NCBI RefSeq assembly: GCF_009914755.1
Contig: NC_060925.1
Source of the DNA: the human T2T-CHM13v2.0 reference genome, Homo sapiens
Length of the DNA: 64,000 nt
Direction: 5' to 3' (one strand)
Made by a program: the position numbers and the translations under genes. Each line of letters begins with the position of its first letter. Position 1 is the first letter of the stretch. Of this stretch, positions 16,314 to 64,000 are shown piece after piece. Under the pieces are notes generated by a model. It was not told the DNA's origin, searched no databases, and saw only the letters and a program-made list of their open reading frames with translations.

Positions 16314-17829
16314 CCTCAAAAGGTTTTCAGTCTATTGAAGGGCAAAGACAATTCAAACACAATGAGAATATGAGAAGTGTCAGGACCAAAGAGCCATCAC
16401 AGAATGCTTGTGCATATCAAACAAATATCTAACTTAGGGAAGACATTTGGAAACTGGTAACATTGGAACTGAGTCTTAAGCTGGAAACATATGGGATATA
16501 CCATTTATTTCAGCATTTAATAACATGCCATCATGATTTGTGACTTAACTGTCTGATAAACATGTGTTTTGTCTACAGAACTAGATCTTAAGTTCCTTGA
16601 AGACACAGGACATCTCTTTATGTCCCCCATGCCACCTGGAACTGACAGGCACACTTAAGGCAGTAGTAAATTACTGCACACATTGATGCAAATGGTTTTG
16701 TCCTCCCAAAGAGTAAAAATATTCTGTTAGTGAAATGTATTGTAACTAGTGTTTTCTTTTCCAATTTTAGTCTTTGAACACTGCAGCCAAGAATACAGTT
16801 TGAAACCTTGGGAGTCAAATTCACAGTAAATACATGAGCCGTTCACAGTGCAGCAAACTCTCATGTTAGTTTTATGACAGATCCAGTGACACTGGAATGG
16901 ACACCTTTTTGATTTTGGGGTTCCTTCCTAAGACCCCCATGTGTGATATATTCATGGTTGGATTCTAGGTACTGAAGCAGTTACTACAGCTGGATAGTCC
17001 AATGAGTGTAAGAAGGCTTCTCTACAAACACATGCTGCCCACATCGAAGTTCCTCTTTAATCTACTGCAGTTTGAAATTGTCCCCCACTTTCTCCAAGAG
17101 TCCACTCCAAGCTAGTTTAGGGTTAGGTCTACCATAGCCTTTGGAAGAGGGAGGGAAGATAACTTTTCTCATCTCTCCTAGTCCCAGCTCTAAAGACCAG
17201 AACCAGGGAGAAAGCAACACAGCTTTTCCAAACACATTCCCCAAATGTGGCACCTTTTCAACAATTTTAGTAACAAATTTAAGGCATCATAGATGCCTTT
17301 AAAATTGGCATGACAGATGTTAGAGTGATCATAAAAAGACTTTAAAAGAGGAAAAGATGTAAAGAACGTAATCAAATGGGGAGCATGTTTAACAATGTGC
17401 TCACTTCTTCCCCTTCAATTCCTTGAATTGAGTCTGCATTATCATTCCTATTGATCTTTGAGCCCAGAACATTACTTTGTGGTCTGGCCTAAGGTTTCTT
17501 CCAATTTTTTAAATTACAATATCCCTAAGAGGACAGCGACGAGGTCTGGGGTGTTATGAGGATTGGAAACCTAGCCACAAGTGACCATGAAAGTCCAAAA
17601 TGCCTCTAAAGTCTTTGTCTCTAAGGCCCATTTTCAAGGTCTTGTTATATAGCTAATTTTTCCCCGACTTATGTCAAAAATAAACGAAGCTGGGTTCTAG
17701 GTAAAATGGTAGGGGCAGATTTTAATCACTACTACTACTGCAATGGGGAAAAGAACCCAGCGTGAACTGAATTCAATTTCGATTTGTAGAGGCAACCGGG
17801 CGTTTTAAAGAGAATGAAGGAATTAGGAT

Positions 17830-18660
17830 GGGACTGATGACGCCGAGGGGGACTGAGCAACTTTTTCAGGTTTGAAAAGCCTCAACATCAACGCGCGACG
17901 GCGCTCTTTCAACATCAGCCTCCAGAACTGGGGCTGCAGCCAGGAGGGAACTACAACGCCCAGCAGCCCCGGCGGGTGTAAACGCTCCCAACTTCCGAGG
18001 CGGTGCTCACCATCGGCCATCAGCGCCAGTGCCACTCGCGCCCTCAAGAAGCCGCACGGAGTTCGGGCCGGCAGCAGCGGCTGGAGTCGTATGGCAGTGA
18101 GCCGCTGTCTACCCAGCGAGACGGAGAGCTCAGGACGCAACCCTACGAGTTGGAAGCCGCAGGAGGCGGAACCGGGTTGCGGGATACGCGTTGACGTCAC
18201 ATCCTCTGGGCGGGGCCGCAAGGAACCCGCGCAAATTGAAAGGTCAGCCTTTCGCGCGCTGTGTAGGCAAGTTGCCCGTGTTCTGCGTTGCCGGCCGTGG
18301 GTGCTCTGGCCACAGTGAGTTAGGGGCGTCGGAGCGGGTTTCTCCAACCGCAATCGGCTCCGCTCAAGGGGAGGAGGAGAGTCCCTTCTCGGAAGGTGAG
18401 AGGAGCGGGCTGTGCGGAGGCTAATGGGTGGGTTCCCTTGGGGGTCGACCTGCGCGTCACCTCCGACCCTCCTCTCGGGATTCGGGTCTTCCAGGAAGGG
18501 AAGGAGAGGGTCTGGCGTGATCTTCCCAACCCAACAGCGGAGCCCTTAGCCTGAGTGGAGTATGTGTTTTGTTCCGAGGGGACGTCTGGCAACCAGAGGT
18601 CTGCAGTTCAGTGAACGGAGGGAGATAAGAGAGCAGACGATTCCGGGCTGGAGCAGGCGC
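17830..18660. promoter_or_regulatory. EXO1: CpG-island promoter of EXO1
   Basis: High GC/CpG density against AT-rich flanks. ZNF143/THAP11-type ACTACAACGCCCAG 17950-17963, CRE TGACGTCA 18192-18199, GC box GGGCGGGG 18208-18215, E2F TTTCGCGC 18250-18257. Confidence 0.92.
18230..18395 (+). other. EXO1: EXO1 non-coding exon 1 (start approximate)
   Basis: Lies in the CpG island; strong donor AAG|gtgaga at 18395/18396. Confidence 0.75.
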
Positions 18661-18772
18661 CAGGGTTGCCAGACTTACCTCATTTTTCCGCAGAAGCTGG
18701 CAGTCCAGGTTTTACATGCAATCTCTCCACCTTTAAATGTTGACAAGTACATTTTCCCATAATATTTTGCAG

Positions 18773-19069
18773 ACCTAAGGAAACGTGTCGTCTGGAATGG
18801 GCTTGGGGGCCACGCCTGCACATCTCCGCGAGACAGAGGGATAAAGTGAAGATGGTGCTGTTATTGTTACCTCGAGTGCCACATGCGATCTCTGAGATAT
18901 GTACACAGTCATTCTTACTATCGCACTCAGCCATTCTTACTACGCTAAAGAAGAAATAATTATTCGAGGATATTTGCCTGGCCCAGAAGAAACTTATGTA
19001 AATTTCATGAACTATTATATCCGTTTTCCTCGGAGTGAGAGAAAACTCTTTTTAGATATCATCTGAGAG
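18773..19069 (+). other. EXO1: EXO1 non-coding exon 2 (5'UTR, uORF-rich)
   Basis: Acceptor atattttgcag|, donor GAG|gtaaga. Confidence 0.8.
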
Positions 19070-19153
19070 GTAAGAGACTGTTTTTCTGAAACTGTGGCTT
19101 GAGGACCACCTGCATCCAGATTAACTGCTTTGTTTAAAATTCATTCACAGCAG

Positions 19154-19258
19154 AACTAGTGAATCCCAGTCACTGAGTGGAGTTGAGAGTCTAAGAACCT
19201 CTGAAATTTGAGAACTGCTGGACCAGAGCCTTTAGAGCTCTGATAAGGTGTCAACAGG
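19154..19258 (+). other. EXO1: EXO1 non-coding exon 3 (5'UTR; CAGCAG acceptor, start 19151 or 19154)
   Basis: Acceptor ttcacagcag|, donor AGG|gtaaag. Confidence 0.7.
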
Positions 19259-20041
19259 GTAAAGCTGCCTCCTGATCCTGTACTTTCTTTCTTTCTTTCC
19301 TTCCAAACTTAACGTTTGATAGGAGAGATTTGTATTATGAAATGCTAAGCAACTGCTCAGTGCCCATTACTGACTTTTTATTGTAGAGTGGGGGGAGGTC
19401 GTTTCATCAGAAAGGGTTGTGACAGTTCCAGAATCTCTGTATAGAAAGGGCTTAGGGGGCTGCAACCGGAATGGAAGGGGGTGGAAAGTTAAAGCATTTG
19501 TCTTGAAGCTGTATTTGCATAGCAGACGCAGTTTCACAGTTCTTTAGGGTAGCTTTCAGAGAGGCTGATGGAGTTGCCCCTGGGCGCCACCACTGTTTAT
19601 TACCAGAATGTTCGTGCTTAGAATAATGCGTTCTAATAGCAGTGAATTTCAGTCCTAAAAAAGTACAGGATCATTTCTGTAATTCTTTTTGAATTTTTCC
19701 TTTGTTTTTTAATTGAAATACTTACCTTCCTACAAACTGTTTTGAGTTTCTACTCCTATTTGAATTTGCACGTTGACCCTTATGATTAATGCCCTTTGTA
19801 GAGGCAATGCGATGCCATCGCATGCATGGTTTTGTTTGTGCCTGGCTCCTTGAAGCATGTGTCAGGAGTGAAAGTGCAAAAGCACTTTGGAAAGACTAAA
19901 CAAACAATAAGCAACAGTCAAGTGGCATTAGAGGTAGTATTAGTGATTAATGTAAATTCTACCCTATGGAAATTGTTTGATAGGGAGGAGCCCAGCTAAA
20001 ATATTAAAGAGCAGTGATTCTTGAATATCTGAACAATTTCT

Positions 20042-20345
20042 GGCCGGGCGCGGTGGCTCACGCCTGTAATCCCAGCACTTTGGGAGGCCGAGGCGGGCGG
20101 ATCACGAGTTCAGGAGATCGAGACCATCCTGGCTAACATGGTGAAACCCCGTCTCTACTAAAAATACAAAAAATTAGCCGGGCGCGGTGGCGGGCGCCTG
20201 TAGTCCCAGCTACTGGGAAGGCTGAGGCAGGAGAATGGCGTGAACCCGGGAGGCGGAGCTTGCAGTGAGCCGATATAGGCCACTGCAGTCCCTCCTGGGC
20301 GAAAGAGCGAGACTCCGTCTCAAAAAAAAAAACAAAACAACAAAC
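20042..20345 (+). mobile_element. AluY
   Basis: CpG-rich; gagatcgagaccatcctggctaac and gaatggcgtgaacc; TSD caatttctg. Confidence 0.95.
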
Positions 20346-20459
20346 CAATTTCTGCATTGGACTCCAAGCTTTCTCTTCATTTGTCTAAGATGTTTTAATA
20401 AATGTATTTTTCTTTAAATATTACTGTTCTCCCTGTCTCTTTTCATATCAGGTAGTTAA

Positions 20460-59614
<39,155 letters not shown>

Positions 59615-60040
59615 ATGCAGACTGCTGCAAAGCTTTTGCCTGCAAGAGAATCTGATCAATTTGAAGTCCCTGTTTGGGAATGAGGCACTTATCAGCATGA
59701 AGAATTTTTTCTCATTCTGTGCCATTTTAAAAATAGAATACATTTGTATATTAACTTTATAATTGGGTTGTGGTTTTTTTGCTCAGCTTTTTATATTTTT
59801 ATAAGAAGCTAAATAGAAGAATAATTGTATCTCTGACAGGTTTTTGGAGGTTTTAGTGTTAATTGGGAAAATCCTCTGGAGTTTATAAAAGTCTACTCTA
59901 AATATTTCTGTAATGTTGTCAAGTAGAAAGATAGTAAATGGAGAAACTACAATCCTAGAGGAAATCACTGTGTTTCTCCAGGCTTTAAAGTTTTCCACTT
60001 GCCTTTCCCATCTGTCCTTCAGGGTTGAATTGAAAATAAA
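59615..60040 (+). other. EXO1: EXO1 3'UTR region with candidate poly(A) signals; 3' end uncertain
   Basis: AU-rich sequence after the stop; TATAAA 59884-59889, AATAAA 60035-60040. Confidence 0.6.
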
Positions 60041-62517
60041 GTTGTTGAGATGGGAGGGGTAATTGGAAGGGTTAAAGATCATTACACAAATGAGACAGTG
60101 CTCTCTTATCCCTGAAGGGTTTGGTTGGATTATAGGTTGACACTGAAGGAAAATTTTCAGCCTCATATGAAAGGAAATACTTCTTATATCATTAATATTT
60201 TTAAACTTCAAAATAGCCTCAGTTTTAATATATATATTTTGAAGTATAGGCTAAAGCTTTCTTAACATGTATTTAAAACTAGTCCCCTAAACACTACATA
60301 AGATACTAAAGCTGCAAGGTCTGTGACACGTACACTCTGCAAATAAATGGGCAGATACCTGGAAAGAGAACCAGCTGCACAAGTGAGGATCTGAAGTGAC
60401 AGGAATTAAAGGAATTATAAAAGTATTTGTGATATAGAGGATAAAGGAAAGAGAGCCAAAGTATTTATATTTTTGAGTGAGACTTGGTAGAGGACTCTAG
60501 GAAAATGAGATCAGAATGGAATAAAAGCTAACTAAAGCTATTACAAAATTAAAACCCAAAAAGGCCCAATCTGGAAAAGACCTAATCCAAAGAACAAAAG
60601 CAGATTTGAATTCTCCATGCATGTTTCCTGTTATAAAATAAATTAGGAATGTGAGTCAAACGTTGTCTACAAATATTTATCCCCTCACTCACTAAAAATG
60701 CTACTTAAATGACAGAAAAGGAATAAGACAAATCCACAAGGTTAATAGAATGGAAGAAGAGACATCAGGCAAGGAAACTGATGGATGAGTGGTAAGTGAT
60801 TTCACAAAGAAATGATAATTGTCAGTGGCAGAAGACTAGAAGAGGTAAAAATCTAATAAGCTTGACAAATGGAGATATCCAGATTCCTCTAAAGCCAGAG
60901 GTGCAGAATAAGGCTGGAAATAGGATTGGTTTTGGAAATCTTTAAAACTAGTGTGGGAGAAAGGGCAGATGGCAGCAGTGCCATAGTTTTCAATCTCCAA
61001 ATCACCATATAATAGCAACTGGATAGCAAAATAAAAATCCATGAGCAACGTAAGTGGGTGAAGATAGCCACAAGACCACAAGCTGGCATTGGCATCAATT
61101 CAGGTGAAGCAGAGTGAGGAAACGGCATCTAATGGCCTGAGAACAGAACCTCAGGGTCATCACAGAAACAGCAGGCCAGGTTGAAAACAGCACTCAAGTG
61201 GGAGAGGCTTTGCCCATTTCAAAGGTGGGTGAGTCCAAGAGGCTTGTATTAAGGTCTGAAGGACTGAAGCAAGCTAGCCCCTAGAAAGTGTTAGAACTGA
61301 TTCGCTGAGTTCACCAAGGTTCTCTTCCAGGACAGCGTTCCCCACAGAAGAGAAACTGCTGGGGTGAAGCCAAATTGAAGAAGAGAAAGATGAAGAGAAG
61401 GTCCAAATACAAGTAGAATAGGGGATAGTCAACCAAAATCTCTCAGCAGAATACTGGTTTTGAACACTTAGAAAGAAACAGGGAAGTTCCCGTGAATCAT
61501 GCTTCCTTCTCAAAGTTTAGGAAATGGAATTTACTTAAGAAACTAAGGAAAGTTTTTAGATGAATCTCATACAAAGTTATTTTAATGAAAAGAAAGAGCA
61601 AAGATAAGATTTCTGGGCAATGAAGATCTATCAGAAAGGTCTACAGAGCAGAGCAAAACTAGTTCGTTTAAAATGTGCTAAAAGATATTAGAAAAATGAT
61701 ATAAAATATGACAAATTTAGGATTACAAGAATCAGAAATAAGATAAACTCAGGAAAACACTGGAAATAAAAAGATACCAGAGATGCAATATAAACACTAT
61801 GGATAATTCCTTTAAAAAGAGGTAAAAATAAAAAGGAATTTAAAAAACCCAATTTTTGTTTAATTAGAAAATGACAAGGCCCAACATACAGATAATAGGA
61901 ATTTGAAACAACAACAAAACCCTATAATCTTAGAAAATGTTTTATTTAAATATATAAAACAATATTTTAAAAGTGAACTGTGGTACCTAAGCAGCAGCTA
62001 ACACCAGGACATAAATAATATAATACTTTAAAGGGAGAAAACTTTTTGGCTAGGCAAAACCAGGTGAAATGAAAGATGGTGATCAGACTTTCTTCACAAT
62101 TATACTTTATGCCTGAAGAAAATGGATTGACCATTTTCGAGATACCCAAAGAAAAATGTGAGCTGAGGTTTTCATATCTAATAAAGTTATAAGCATAAAA
62201 GGCTGGTACAAACTTATCCTACATAGAAAAATTTGGGAAATGGGAAATGTTGTTCCCTTAAGCTCTTCATCAGGAACATCAGAAAATGAGCTCCAGATAA
62301 CCACAATGACTAAAGAAATAGTGACAGACTGGTGGTGAATATTAAGCATGTGTTGCTTATATAATTTAAGAGTTAAAGTATAGTATGTAAAAGCATATGC
62401 AAAAACATTTGGTTTAGCTGGTGGTAGTCTGATATTTTGGGACTGTGTGTAGACTGGAATAGAATAATTACTATTTATAGGATATTTGAAATCCTGTTTT
62501 CTTGAGAATCAGGGTCC

Positions 62518-62785
62518 TTTTTTTTTTTTTTTCAAGATGGAGTCTCGCTGTGTCACAATCTCAGCTCACTGCAACCTCTGCCTCCCAGGTTCAAGCAATT
62601 CTGCCTCAGCCTCCCAAGGAGCTGAGATTACAGGTGTGTGCCACCATGCCCAGCTTCATTTTTGTATTTTTAGTAGAGATGGAGTTTCAACATGTTGGCC
62701 AGGCTGGTCTCTTAATCTCAGGTGATCCACCCACCTTGGCCTCCCAGAGTGCTGGGATTGCAGGCATAAGCCACTGCACCCAGCC
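62518..62785 (-). mobile_element. Alu (S)
   Basis: Antisense Alu with deletions. Confidence 0.9.
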
Positions 62786-63130
62786 TAGAACCAGGGATTT
62801 TAATGTGAGGAAAAGGAGATAGAGAATACAGAACATGTAATTTTTTGAAAAAAATAAAAACAAAACAAAAAAAAAAAAACCTATGGCTATGAATTTGAAT
62901 TGGACGTAGTGGTATAAACTCATGAATGTATATGAATACATGTAGATATGTGTGAATATACACATTCATGAGTTTGTACCAGTATGTTCAATACAAATTC
63001 ATAACTATCAGGATGCTTAACACGTCAGCTTGTGGTTTCAAAGTACCTTTTTGTTTTTTTCATTAAAACGAGAATTTGGGGAAAATAGTCTGGCAGGAAG
63101 TGTAAAAGATAAGCCTAGGACATCTTGTCA

Positions 63131-63457
<327 letters not shown>

Positions 63458-63824
63458 AGAGGTTAACAAAGGCTGCTAGGTAATTTCCAAAAGATTCAAG
63501 AGCCAGCTTAAAGGGGCCCCCACTGTGCAAATGTGGGAAACTTTGGTCTTCAAAGAAGATAATTGCAATTTACTAAAACCCATCATAAACATTAAGAATA
63601 ATTGGTCACCTTGGAGGATGATGGAGTATTCATTGTCTTGAAAACTTGAAGCAAAAAAGCATTTTCCTGTCTTTCCTCTATGAACAGTACAACTGGGTAA
63701 CTAAATGGCAGATGAAGGACATATCTCTTTCTAGTGTTCTAATAATTAAGATCATATATTTTTCAATACCCAGTGGATCAATAAATTTGAATTTTGTGCA
63801 TCAATTGCTCTAACATCACAAAAA

Positions 63825-64000
63825 GACCAGGCACAGTGGCTCACGCCTCTAATCCTACCACTTTGTGAGGTCAAGGAGGGAGGATTGCTTGAGCTCAGGA
63901 GTTCGAGAGCAGCCTGGGTAGCATACTGAGATCTCATCTCTACAAAAAAAAAAAAAAATTGTTTCAATTAGCCAGATGCTGTGGCATGTGCCTGTATTCC
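63825..64000 (+). mobile_element. Alu (J), truncated by the window edge
   Basis: Left arm plus linker. Confidence 0.88.

Noticed and set aside
18265-18277. AGGCAAGTTGCCC as a p53 element; also ACGCGT (18186-18191) as an MCB box
   Set aside because: Only an imperfect p53 half-site; MCB is a yeast element, and the hexamer is common in CpG islands.
17823-18592. Long ORFs on both strands over the promoter (176 aa, 148 aa and others)
   Set aside because: Expected from stop-poor CpG-island sequence; no recognisable domain, and several rely on non-ATG starts.
59783-60211. 142-aa antisense ORF over the 3'UTR
   Set aside because: AT-rich, non-ATG start, no recognisable motif.

Overview
Primate, almost certainly human, genomic DNA covering the whole EXO1 (exonuclease 1) gene on the + strand. 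It has a CpG-island promoter (~17.8-18.7 kb), three inferred non-coding 5' exons and 13 coding exons (20469-59614). These splice via GT-AG to a 2541-nt ORF of 846 aa (EXO1b), with all phases consistent. Upstream is a processed RPL6 pseudogene fused to an Alu; the rest is rich in Alu, L1, LTR and DNA-transposon repeats. I found no new multi-gene system, and most ORF-track entries are Alu/LTR artefacts. The notable signals are at splicing and repeat level: (1) a U12 minor-spliceosome intron; (2) tandem acceptors, including a +12-nt CAG that would delete the MLH1-binding MIP-box residues RFFC in frame; (3) a uORF-dense 5'UTR exon; (4) an antisense solo LTR12C; (5) an Alu-RPL6 composite within one target-site duplication; (6) a candidate Alu 3' transduction; (7) a local inverted templated duplication. 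Repeat subfamily names and variant IDs are from recognition and memory, not database searches.
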